A stretch of 32,000 bases of DNA from Candidatus Saccharimonadota bacterium (GTDB taxonomy: Bacteria; Patescibacteriota; Saccharimonadia; Saccharimonadales; UBA4665), in the NCBI GenBank assembly GCA_963718045.1, contig OY970350.1, forward strand, positions 300,001 through 332,000, given 5' to 3'. Under the pieces are notes generated by a model. The model was not told where the DNA came from. It searched no databases and saw only the letters and a program-made list of their open reading frames with translations. The position numbers and the translations under genes are program-made. Shown piece by piece: positions 17,953 through 26,492 of this stretch (position 1 is its first letter; the number at the start of each line of letters is the position of its first letter).

Positions 17953-18213
17953 CTACCTAGGCAAGGTTACGCCAACTTGCCTAGCAGCTTCTAGTAATTC
18001 AGCGTTCAATGTTAGAAGCTTCTTTTCAATTGATAGTTTTTTGAACTTCTTGTCTGTTATAGCCGAATGTTGCAACTGAGCAATCATCTTATATATTTCT
18101 TTGATATCATTGCTTAAGGCTTTAAGTTCACCTTTTATAGGATCAAGTTCTTGTCTTAGCTCTTCTCTAATAATACTTCTTATATCTGATAGATCCGTTG
18201 TAGTTAAACTCAT
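17953..18213 (-). CDS. Hypothetical 86-aa coiled-coil protein
   Basis: AGAGG Shine-Dalgarno 8 nt upstream of the ATG. Heptad-like, charged helical sequence (IRSIIREELRQELDPIKGELKALSNDIKEIYKMIAQL). Confidence 0.55.
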   Translation of the reverse strand: MSLTTTDLSDIRSIIREELRQELDPIKGELKALSNDIKEIYKMIAQLQHSAITDKKFKKLSIEKKLLTLNAELLEAARQVGVTLPR

Positions 18214-18389
18214 AAAATAACCTCTAAGTTTTGTACATCTATTTTACCCTGAATGTCCGACAAGATCTATGGATTATTAATGAGATTTAATAATTCAAAT
18301 TCGACTTCCCTAGCGGACGAGTCTCGGACCAATTTAGAAATAACCCTTAACCTTTGATTTTTATCGGATTATGATGTAATATAGGTTAA

Positions 18390-18929
18390 ATGTATCGCTA
18401 TGTGAGTCCTGCAGAAAGAGACCCTATCAAGTCTATTTCTAGTTTAGTAGGCCAAGAATATCCTGGTATTTTTGTGCCTATTAATGGCGTAAAGCCACAT
18501 GTGAGTATTCTCCCCAGGAACACAGTCCTTAATTTTCTTCGATTTAAACGTGCATCCATAGATAATCCTTATAGAACAGCCAGACAACTGTATGATGAAG
18601 TTTACAGAGATTTGCGGCCCTTAGCCTTAGATTCTGTTAAAGATTCACGGCGCGCAGATCTTAAATATGTCGGTAGATCGCTTGCTATCGTCTTAAAATC
18701 ACCACAGGTTACTTCTGAAATAGATTACGCTTACGGCGCGCTAGAACAGGTTGTAGGCATGGATATTTATAGAGAGACTTCACCGCATATTACAATTGGC
18801 AGGCTTGTATCTTTACCAAGACCTGAATTAAGCAGTAGAATTCTACACTCCGCAGAGGATATTTGCGGTACTTATCTGCCAAAAGATATGGTCATGACCT
18901 TGGGCGCCATAACATTGCATCGTCCGTAG
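18390..18929 (+). CDS. 2H-phosphoesterase superfamily protein (LigT / cyclic phosphodiesterase-like)
   Basis: Two HxS/T motifs at the expected spacing: PHVSIL (His codon at 18498-18500) and PHITIGRL (His codon at 18786-18788). The length of about 180 aa is typical for this family. Confidence 0.55.
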   Translation: MYRYVSPAERDPIKSISSLVGQEYPGIFVPINGVKPHVSILPRNTVLNFLRFKRASIDNPYRTARQLYDEVYRDLRPLALDSVKDSRRADLKYVGRSLAIVLKSPQVTSEIDYAYGALEQVVGMDIYRETSPHITIGRLVSLPRPELSSRILHSAEDICGTYLPKDMVMTLGAITLHRP

Positions 18930-18957
18930 GGATTACGGTCACCTTTGTTGATCAGCT

Positions 18958-18982
18958 TGGCTAGGGCGGCGGGATTCGAACC
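18958..18982 (-). repeat. Orphan copy of the tRNA-Gln 3' end (acceptor plus T-arm), a direct repeat of 19671-19695
   Basis: TGGCTAGGGCGGcGGGATTCGAACC against TGGCTAGGGCGGaGGGATTCGAACC: 24 of 25 identical, in the same orientation. No remainder of a tRNA follows. Confidence 0.75.
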
Positions 18983-18987
18983 TGAAA

Positions 18988-19656
18988 TTATTCTATCTCT
19001 TCAGAACTTGTTCTCCGAGATGAGATATTTTCTATCAAATTAAGCCATACCTTCTCGCGGTGAGTTAGAAGTCTCTTTCGTTTATCTAGGGGCATGCCAT
19101 GAATTTGATAAAGCATTTTGTGTAATTGGGGAATATAGAACAATGCCCTGTAAGGCATCCCCTCCATGAATCCCTCCAAGTCAGGTTCCTCAAGTAAAAC
19201 ACCGGCTAATTCGCCCCTTATGGTTTGCATGGCTTGTCCCGAGCCGCCAAATGCAATAACAGATACAAATTTGGCAGTACGATCTTTTTTACCTTTCATT
19301 TCGTCGAGTATTTTATGCAATGACTCGGTATCAGTCATTTCTTTTCCGCCAGCTTTCCATCTCCGGGAATAAACGCCGGGAGCTCCATCTAAAGCATCAA
19401 CTTCAAGACCAGAGTCCTCTACGGCCAGGATATAGTTATTAGGTACGAGTGGTCGCAGGGCTTTATATTTGATTATGGCGTTTTCTTCAAATGTTTTGCC
19501 GCTTTCATCGATAATCGGAACTTCTACGCCAATATCCGGCAGTGACAGAACACTTACATCACAGTCAGATAGTATTTTTTTAACATCATTTAACTTACCT
19601 TGATTAGAGGTTCCATAAACAACTTCCACAGATAAAATTATACGCCGAGGAGTCAT
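18988..19656 (-). CDS. RdgB/HAM1-family non-canonical purine NTP pyrophosphatase
   Basis: GTSNQGKLNDV, VEDSGLEVDALDGAPGVYSRRW, and LTHREKV (in place of the usual SHR). It has an atypical Ser-rich C-terminal tail that ends 5 nt from the tRNA fragment. Confidence 0.8.
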   Translation of the reverse strand: MTPRRIILSVEVVYGTSNQGKLNDVKKILSDCDVSVLSLPDIGVEVPIIDESGKTFEENAIIKYKALRPLVPNNYILAVEDSGLEVDALDGAPGVYSRRWKAGGKEMTDTESLHKILDEMKGKKDRTAKFVSVIAFGGSGQAMQTIRGELAGVLLEEPDLEGFMEGMPYRALFYIPQLHKMLYQIHGMPLDKRKRLLTHREKVWLNLIENISSRRTSSEEIE

Positions 19657-19670
19657 AATTTCGGGCTATA

Positions 19671-19745
19671 TGGCTAGGGCGGAGGGATTCGAACCCCCGA
19701 ATGCCAGGACCAAAACCTGGTGCCTTACCACTTGGCGACGCCCTA
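19671..19745 (-). tRNA. tRNA-Gln (anticodon UUG), with encoded CCA
   Basis: The reverse complement folds by hand. Acceptor stem UAGGGCG/CGCCCUA. D-arm GCC-AAGUGGUAA-GGC. Anticodon stem CCAGG/CCUGG with loop UUUUGGU (anticodon UUG). T-arm GGGGG-UUCGAAU-CCCUC. Discriminator G followed by CCA. It closely resembles canonical bacterial tRNA-Gln. Confidence 0.9.
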
Positions 19746-19842
19746 ATAAACAGCTTGATTCTATATTACATCACTTAAGCTAACAAGTTTTTAAATAATG
19801 TTATTGAGGTTAAAAAACAAATAATGTAATATTTATGTACTT

Positions 19843-20766
19843 ATGTCTAAAAAGTTTGTTAATCCTTCTGATTTTATATTACCCATAGATATTAACGGTA
19901 TGGATGGCCGGTATTTACGCATTGAGGGTGTGAACAGACACACTAAAAAAGAGATACTGTTTATTTATGATCTTGAAGCAAATCTAGAAAAATGGTGGGG
20001 CTTGGCTGTGGCTTTGGCTAATTACGGCAATCTGACAATGGTCGATTTACCCGGGCTTGGCGGTATGGATAGTTTTTATTCTATTGGTCTTAAACCAACG
20101 CTTAATAATATGGCCGATTACATAGCTTCTTTTATTAAGCTCAAGTATAAGAGAAAGAGACTGTCTATTGTTGGTGTCGGTTTCGGCTTTGTGCTGGTAA
20201 CCAGAATGCTGCAGAGAAACCCTGATTTAACAGGTAAGGTCAATCTGCTTATTTGTCTTAATGGTTATGCCCATAAGGATGATTTTATAGTCAAGCCACT
20301 GGATAAGAAGATAATGCAGCTATACAGCACGTTATTTTCAGACAGACTGCTGGCCGGCATATTAAAGATTTCGCTCTACAACACACCTGCCCTTTTAGTC
20401 CGTTATCCGCTTAAGAACTTTAAGTCCGGCAAGAATGGTCCATCTAAGGAGTTTATGCGACAGTTTAAGGTTGATCTGATTAAGAACAGCGACTTAAGGA
20501 CTAGGATGTTCTTAAAACGGGAGCTACTCAAGCTGGATAACTGCAATCTTAAGCTTAATATTCCTTTGTGGCACATTACGACTTCAAATTCAGATAAGAA
20601 AACTGACAGAAGACTGGCTGAACAGCATTTTAGGGTTATTTTTAAGGATTATCATCAGATGCCGGCAAAGGTTGGCCGGACTATCCCGCTTGTCTTAAAT
20701 GACCCGAAAACAGCTGTTAAATATTTGCCTGGAAAAGTCAGACGAGAAATTAAAGCTCACGGCTAA
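19843..20766 (+). CDS. Alpha/beta-hydrolase-fold protein lacking the nucleophile serine (possible pseudoenzyme)
   Basis: Strand-helix pattern LFIYDLE...MVDLPGLGGMD...LSIVGVGFGFVLV...LLICLNG. The nucleophile elbow reads G-V-G-F-G (20173-20187) instead of GxSxG. Confidence 0.5.
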   Translation: MSKKFVNPSDFILPIDINGMDGRYLRIEGVNRHTKKEILFIYDLEANLEKWWGLAVALANYGNLTMVDLPGLGGMDSFYSIGLKPTLNNMADYIASFIKLKYKRKRLSIVGVGFGFVLVTRMLQRNPDLTGKVNLLICLNGYAHKDDFIVKPLDKKIMQLYSTLFSDRLLAGILKISLYNTPALLVRYPLKNFKSGKNGPSKEFMRQFKVDLIKNSDLRTRMFLKRELLKLDNCNLKLNIPLWHITTSNSDKKTDRRLAEQHFRVIFKDYHQMPAKVGRTIPLVLNDPKTAVKYLPGKVRREIKAHG

Positions 20767-20801
20767 TTGCCAAAACAGCGTTATAGATAGATAATTATCT
20801 C

Positions 20802-21944
20802 ATGCCTAAACTAGTCAAGAAAGATGACGGACATTCGGTAGTTGAACTAACAGTTTCCAACAGAACAATTCTGAAAGTTGCACTTTTAGTTGTCAGCATA
20901 TTAATTGTTGTATGGGCTGCAGATGTTGCCAGGCATTCGCTGCTGCTTATCTTTATTTCTTTCTTCTTAGCACTAGCCTTAAATGCGCCAGTCCATTTTA
21001 TATCCCGGCATTTACCCTGGAAACTTAAGGGCCGAAGAGGGTTCGGTACGGCTATTTCTTATCTTATAGTAATTATCATATTAGGTGGGTTTATTGCCTA
21101 CTTGGCACCACCGCTTGCTAGGCAGACGGATAATTTCGTCAAGGCTGCTCCAAGATTAGTGTCCGAATTCAGGAACCAAAGCGGCGGCGTTGGTAAGGTT
21201 ATCCGTAAGTATCATCTGGGGAAAGAGGTCACTACCTTATCTAATCAGCTGTCTTCCAAGCTGCATAATGCCGGTGGTAAGGCCTTCTCGACACTTGTCA
21301 GTATAGGTAAAAGTATCTTCGACGTTTTGGTAGTTATTGTTCTGACCTTCATGATGCTAGTGGAGGGTCCCAGATGGGTCAGCGCCGCCAGAAGATTGAT
21401 TCCTGAACGGCGCCATCAGCTGGCCGACAGATTAGCCAGCGATATGTATAGAGTAATAAAAGGTTTTGTTAATGGCCGGGTAATAATGGGCTTAATAGCC
21501 ATGGCCTTTCTTGCGCCAGCCTTATATATCTTACATATTGGCTACCCGATAGCACTACTTGTCGTTATCTTTATTTGTGCTCTTATTCCTCTAATCGGCC
21601 ATCCTATTGCGGCGGTAATTGTGACTGTTGTAGCTCTATTTCATTCCGTGCCCGCAGGTATCGCCATATTTATCTACTACATTCTCTATATCCAGTTTGA
21701 GAATTACATAATCCAGCCAAAACTCCAGGCTAACGCCACTAAGATGAGTCCGCTGTTAGTCTTTGCCGCTTTAATTATCGGCATTAACTTCGGAGGTATA
21801 TTTGGCGGAATAATAGCCATTCCGCTTGCCGGCTGTCTCAGAATTGCCATCCTGGAATTCTTAAGGACCAGGAACCTAATATCTACGCCTCAATTTGAGA
21901 AAGCTGTTAAGCGTGATCATTCCAGCGCCACTGAGGACCACTAG
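20802..21944 (+). CDS. AI-2E family transporter (PerM/UPF0118-like)
   Basis: About 8 TM helices, with the central MLVEGPRW...RLIPERR...IKGFVNGRVIMGLI block typical of this family. Confidence 0.8.
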   Translation: MPKLVKKDDGHSVVELTVSNRTILKVALLVVSILIVVWAADVARHSLLLIFISFFLALALNAPVHFISRHLPWKLKGRRGFGTAISYLIVIIILGGFIAYLAPPLARQTDNFVKAAPRLVSEFRNQSGGVGKVIRKYHLGKEVTTLSNQLSSKLHNAGGKAFSTLVSIGKSIFDVLVVIVLTFMMLVEGPRWVSAARRLIPERRHQLADRLASDMYRVIKGFVNGRVIMGLIAMAFLAPALYILHIGYPIALLVVIFICALIPLIGHPIAAVIVTVVALFHSVPAGIAIFIYYILYIQFENYIIQPKLQANATKMSPLLVFAALIIGINFGGIFGGIIAIPLAGCLRIAILEFLRTRNLISTPQFEKAVKRDHSSATEDH

Positions 21945-23319
21945 ACTTATCTTCAAGGGCAATATTCATTTTATCTAACTGATTACGTATTTTGTCCGCC
22001 GCGTCCCATTCTTTGTTATTTCTAAATTCTTCACGTTTTTTGATCAGCTCTTTGGCTTCTGGCGTAATGTCTTCAACTTCGGATAGCTTAAGGCCCAGCA
22101 GATTATCCAGCTGGCTAAGCATGTCGGTAAATTGATCCAGATTGTCATTTTCTATGCCCACCGCCAGCAGCTGGGTTGAAATGTCACTTAGGTAGGCGAC
22201 AACGCCCGGTGTGTTTAAATCATTATTTAATAAAGTAAGAAGTTCTTTAGATACATCCGATAGCGCAAAGTTAACGCTGTCATTAATTTTTGCCTGTGCC
22301 TGGTAACGCAAAACTGCCATAGCCTGAAGCTCATTTAGTCTTTGTTTGGCAGCTATTAAACTCTGCCAGCTAAATTTAGACTGAGTTCGATAGTGCGATT
22401 CAAGAACGTGCAGCCTAAATACCATAGGGCTAAACCCCAGCCCTTCTATCTGGTTAAGCGTAATACTATTGCCAAGAGACTTAGATATTTTTTGGCCGTC
22501 GATAGTTATATGGTTGGTATGCAGCCAGTAGTTGGCAAAATGCTTGCCGGTAGCAGCTTCGCTTTGAGCAATTTCATTAGTGTGATGAACTGGGATATGG
22601 TCGATACCGCCGGAGTGAATATCTAGTGTCTCGCCCAGATATTTCATGCTCATAGCCGAACATTCTATATGCCAACCGGGAAATCCCTTGCCCCAGGGAC
22701 TGTCCCATTCCATGTCTCTTTTTGAGTCCTTTGGACTGAATTTCCAAAGAGCAAAGTCGGTGGGATTTCTTTTCTCAGGGTTAAAATCTACTCTTTTACC
22801 TGGCTGCTGCTCGTCGATGTCCAGACGGGCAAAATCACCGTAGTGAGGAAACTTTGAAGTGTCGTAGTATACACCGTCGTTGATAATATATGTGTACCCT
22901 TTATCTTCCAGAGTCTTAATTAAGGCTACCTGATCGGCTATGTGGTCGGTCGCTTTAGGCAGGTAGTCGGGGTCTAGGATGTTTAGCTTTTTCATTGATG
23001 ACACAAATTCATCAGTGTAGAAGGCGGCTACTTCCCAGGCAGTCTTGCCTTCCCGTCTGGCTCCTTTTTCCAGTTTGTCTTCACCTTCATCAGCATCTGA
23101 GGTTAAATGACCGACATCGGTTATGTTCATGACCCATTTAGTGCTAAGACCATCGGCCTTTAAAGTTCTAATCATTAAATCCTGACGTATATAAGTAAAC
23201 CAGTGGCCAATATGGGCATGATCGTAAACGGTTGGGCCACAGGTATAGACAGTAACCAGCGGCGGGTTTAAGGGTTTTATTTCTTCTATTTGACGGCTGG
23301 CGGTGTTAAATATTTTCAT
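21907..23319 (-). CDS. cysS: Cysteine--tRNA ligase
   Basis: VYTCGPTVYDHAHIGH (HIGH motif), KISKSLGN (KMSKS motif), and the WHIECSAM zinc-site region. Convergent 38-nt overlap with the AI-2E gene. Confidence 0.95.
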   Translation of the reverse strand: MKIFNTASRQIEEIKPLNPPLVTVYTCGPTVYDHAHIGHWFTYIRQDLMIRTLKADGLSTKWVMNITDVGHLTSDADEGEDKLEKGARREGKTAWEVAAFYTDEFVSSMKKLNILDPDYLPKATDHIADQVALIKTLEDKGYTYIINDGVYYDTSKFPHYGDFARLDIDEQQPGKRVDFNPEKRNPTDFALWKFSPKDSKRDMEWDSPWGKGFPGWHIECSAMSMKYLGETLDIHSGGIDHIPVHHTNEIAQSEAATGKHFANYWLHTNHITIDGQKISKSLGNSITLNQIEGLGFSPMVFRLHVLESHYRTQSKFSWQSLIAAKQRLNELQAMAVLRYQAQAKINDSVNFALSDVSKELLTLLNNDLNTPGVVAYLSDISTQLLAVGIENDNLDQFTDMLSQLDNLLGLKLSEVEDITPEAKELIKKREEFRNNKEWDAADKIRNQLDKMNIALEDKSSGPQWRWNDHA

Positions 23320-24301
23320 TGTTTTTTAGCAGTTCACTAACTACCGTTATTATTTCCTTTTTAAGGTCATCCGGCAAATATTTGCTTGTTTTAAAGCCGG
23401 CCGCATATTCATGTCCGCCGCCGCCAAAATGTTCAGCTAATTCAGCGGACAATGGAAAGCCTTCGTTAGATCTGATTTTTCCGGTAATGTGACCGTCATC
23501 GTAGTGCTTAATAACAACGGTGATAGCGTTATCTTCAATGAGACGCATATCTTCAATAACCAGCATTGGCGGGTTATACAGTGGGCTATACTTTTCTATT
23601 TCGGCCCACGGTATATAGAGATAGGCCAGTTTACTGTCCAGGAAAGTTTCAATCCTTTTTAGCAGTTCTCCTTTATATTTGGTTAGTTCTAGGCTTTTTC
23701 GGAAAGTTTCTTTCCTTAAGTTATCTATATGGGTTAAATTAACGCCGCCTTCAACCAGCTCGGCTACTATATGGATAGAGTGGGCAGTTGTAGAGGCGCT
23801 CATAAGTCCCAAACTATCAGATAAAATACTGACCGCCAGCATATCCTTGGCTTCAGGGCTTAATTCGAAGTTAAACGTTTTAGCCAGGTCGTATATTATT
23901 TCACCGGTCGATACTGCCTGGCGGTTTATAACAACCTTAGCGAAATCGATTGTAGCTTCGGTTTGGTGGTGGTCAATTATTGCTACTGGTTTAGACTTCA
24001 GTTTTTTTAAATTAGTTTCAGACATCTTTTCGAGCAGACTGATTGAAGACGTATCGACAATTATGGCCATATCGAAGTTGTCCGGCAGTTCGTTTGTTAC
24101 CCGGCTCCAGCCCGGCAGATATTTAAGATGAACTGGTGTTTGGACGGCGCAGAACATGGTGACGTCTTTATTTAGGCGAGTTAAGATTTGCTCTAGGGCA
24201 ATGGAGCTTCCCAGGCTGTCGCCGTCAGGGTTGTCGGCCTGGATCAAGACAATGTGGTCAGAGCTTTTAATCAGCCCGTCAAGTTGTTCTTCGCTACTCA
24301 T
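23306..24301 (-). CDS. DHH/DHHA1 phosphoesterase (NrnA-like nanoRNase / pAp phosphatase)
   Basis: DNPDGDSLGS, IIDHHQT (DHH motif), GGGHEYAAGF (DHHA1 motif). Overlaps the cysS start by 14 nt. Confidence 0.85.
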   Translation of the reverse strand: MSSEEQLDGLIKSSDHIVLIQADNPDGDSLGSSIALEQILTRLNKDVTMFCAVQTPVHLKYLPGWSRVTNELPDNFDMAIIVDTSSISLLEKMSETNLKKLKSKPVAIIDHHQTEATIDFAKVVINRQAVSTGEIIYDLAKTFNFELSPEAKDMLAVSILSDSLGLMSASTTAHSIHIVAELVEGGVNLTHIDNLRKETFRKSLELTKYKGELLKRIETFLDSKLAYLYIPWAEIEKYSPLYNPPMLVIEDMRLIEDNAITVVIKHYDDGHITGKIRSNEGFPLSAELAEHFGGGGHEYAAGFKTSKYLPDDLKKEIITVVSELLKNNENI

Positions 24302-24345
24302 CTTCTTATAGATTATATCGGGACAGGAGCAACTAAACTAGTATC

Positions 24346-24951
24346 TTATAGAAGCTGACGGCCTTCCAGTGCCCTGGACAGGGTTATTTGGTCGGCATAT
24401 TCAAGATCGGCGCCGATTGGCAGGCCGCGGGCTAGTCTGGTTATCTTTACCTTCCGTTTGCCTATCTGCTGCTGGATATACAGTGCGGTACTCTCGCCCT
24501 CAACCGAGGCGTTGGTAGCCAGGATTATTTCCGTCACTTTATCGTCATCAATCCGTTTAACCAGCTCTTTAATCTTAAGCTGGTCCGGTGAGACATTGTC
24601 TATTGGCGAGACCAGGCCGCCAAGAACATGGTAGGTGCCTGAAAAAACGTTAGTCTTTTCAAGAGCCAGGATATCAAAAGGGTCAGCAACAACTGCTACA
24701 GTCTGTTTATCTCTGCTTGGATCGGTATATAGACGGCTGTAATGCTGGCCGGCCGGAATTAGAGCAAATGTCTTTTTACATAAGGTAATGCTGCCGTGGA
24801 GATTATTTAGGGCGTTAGCTAATCTTTTAGCACTCCCCTGGTCTCTTTTAAGCATGGCGTAGGCGTAGCGTTCAGCCGTTCTCGGGCCAACACCAGGCAG
24901 CAGGCCAAAAGCCTCAATTAGCTCTTCTAATGCTGGCGGCAAAGTGCTCAT
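24346..24951 (-). CDS. recR: Recombination protein RecR (zinc-finger region degenerate)
   Basis: HhH LPGVGPRTAERYA. Toprim block YHVLGGLVSPIDNVSPDQL...ILATNASVEGESTALYI. C-terminal RLARGLPIGADLEYAD. Only one Cys remains where the C4 finger is expected. Confidence 0.9.
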   Translation of the reverse strand: MSTLPPALEELIEAFGLLPGVGPRTAERYAYAMLKRDQGSAKRLANALNNLHGSITLCKKTFALIPAGQHYSRLYTDPSRDKQTVAVVADPFDILALEKTNVFSGTYHVLGGLVSPIDNVSPDQLKIKELVKRIDDDKVTEIILATNASVEGESTALYIQQQIGKRKVKITRLARGLPIGADLEYADQITLSRALEGRQLL

Positions 24952-24965
24952 TTAATCCTTCTTTT

Positions 24966-25253
24966 TTATAGACCTAGATCGCCGAGGGCTCCCATCATGG
25001 GCTGCATTTTCTCGGCGGCAATCTTTTGCGAAGAAGAGATGGCTTCTTTGACAGCTTCTTCCAGCCACATCTCAAGCTGCTCAATGTCGTCGACAGCGTC
25101 CTTAGATATATGTATTTTTTTAATCTTTTGCTCACCGGTAATCTCGACACTGACAGCACCGTCACCTTTTTCAATTGTTATAACTTCCTTTTCAAGCTGC
25201 CTTTGGATCTTCTTAACCTGCATCAACGTTTTAGCCTGATCGAATCGACTCAT
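24966..25253 (-). CDS. ybaB: YbaB/EbfC-family nucleoid-associated protein
   Basis: 95 aa with the pattern ...MQVKKIQRQLEKEV...GDGAVSVEITGEQKIKKIHI. It sits in the canonical position directly upstream of recR. Confidence 0.85.
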   Translation of the reverse strand: MSRFDQAKTLMQVKKIQRQLEKEVITIEKGDGAVSVEITGEQKIKKIHISKDAVDDIEQLEMWLEEAVKEAISSSQKIAAEKMQPMMGALGDLGL

Positions 25254-25285
25254 TGTTTATCTCCTTAAATACTAGTTATATTGTA

Positions 25286-26491
25286 TCAATCCTTGTCCTT
25301 GACATCAAAGACGCTGATTGAAGCACTGTTATGAGGCCAGGCTACAAAATATGATCTTAGGTTATAGACAACGCTCATAGCTATAGCCAGGGAGATAAGA
25401 ATGTAGCCTAAAGATCTGGCTATTGGGTTTTTAGGAAAGACGCTTAGCCACTGGTTTAACAGGTAAGCCAGGCCGGCGGCAATAAAGATATAGATGATCG
25501 GTATAACAATACTTAAGGAAACTGGCCCCTCGAGGGCTATTAGAATAGCGCCAATTAAAAAGCTGACAAAAAGAAGATGGGTACGTGTAGCTTTAATATG
25601 AACGGCGTAGAAATATATGCCGGTTAAGGCGGCAATTACGCCGAATATATCGAGGATTGGCAGCCGGCCAAGCCAGAGATTCGGCAGCAGCGGTCCGCGG
25701 ATAAAGATGTGGTAAAAGACGGCGCCAAATTCCTTAACTATATGAAGCGGGCTGGCAAAATGCTGAGGCAGCCCTAGCCAGTTAAGAATATTCTTTGGAC
25801 TTCTAACTAGGTAGCGGCCGATTAGCGGCAGCCAAATTAAGGCGCTAAAGACATAAGCCAGTTTAGACTTAAAGTCATCTTGAATCTTCATACCATAACC
25901 GACATCAGCTCTTTGTCTATAGACGTTGTAGGCAATTAAAAAGACCATACCCGGAACATATAGGAGGAGGCTCCAGGCCAGGTTAATTAACCAGTAGACG
26001 TAGCGAGAATTAAGCTTCTTTTGAAGAATTGCCGTCGACAAGAAAAAGAACGTAATAGCGGCTAGGTATTCAACGTTAAAGTCGGCCAGCCGGCTGACAT
26101 GCAGTGTCCAGGCGGAAGCGGCAAATAAAATACTGCCAAATATGGCTGTTCTCTGCCCATACCAAAGATGCAGTAAAACGTAGAGGGCGATAATTGTTGC
26201 GGCACCGGTTATTGCGGACGGAACTCGAAGAAGAGTCATGCTGACCGGCGATAAGAACTTAAAGATAATCGAATAGAGAACGTTTATAGGCAGGTTCAAG
26301 GGGTTTTGGTACAAGCCGTGCCAGCCTAATTTAAGGCCGTAAAAACTGCTTTCACCGGATGTTATGCCGGGCATAATGCTGCCTAAATGGTAGGTTAGCA
26401 AAAAGAATATGGCGGCCAGTCCAACAATGACACTAATAATTACCCATAAATTAACTCTAGAGGATTTTGCTACCTGTTTTTTAGGTGCCAT
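25286..26491 (-). CDS. Polytopic membrane protein, possibly a GT-C-type (ArnT/PMT-like) glycosyltransferase
   Basis: About 11 hydrophobic segments, with overall resemblance to family 39/83-like glycosyltransferases. I did not see a clear catalytic Asp motif. The start is 1 nt after the dnaB stop. Confidence 0.4.
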   Translation of the reverse strand: MAPKKQVAKSSRVNLWVIISVIVGLAAIFFLLTYHLGSIMPGITSGESSFYGLKLGWHGLYQNPLNLPINVLYSIIFKFLSPVSMTLLRVPSAITGAATIIALYVLLHLWYGQRTAIFGSILFAASAWTLHVSRLADFNVEYLAAITFFFLSTAILQKKLNSRYVYWLINLAWSLLLYVPGMVFLIAYNVYRQRADVGYGMKIQDDFKSKLAYVFSALIWLPLIGRYLVRSPKNILNWLGLPQHFASPLHIVKEFGAVFYHIFIRGPLLPNLWLGRLPILDIFGVIAALTGIYFYAVHIKATRTHLLFVSFLIGAILIALEGPVSLSIVIPIIYIFIAAGLAYLLNQWLSVFPKNPIARSLGYILISLAIAMSVVYNLRSYFVAWPHNSASISVFDVKDKD

Positions 26492-26492
26492 A

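Noticed and set aside
21907-21944. Convergent 38-nt overlap of the AI-2E transporter and cysS 3' ends (and the 8-nt atpC/mscL overlap at 1677-1684), considered as possible antisense regulation.
   Set aside because: Both C-termini look native; the cysS tail GPQWRW fits the family. Such overlaps are common in compact genomes. There is no evidence of regulation beyond tight packing.
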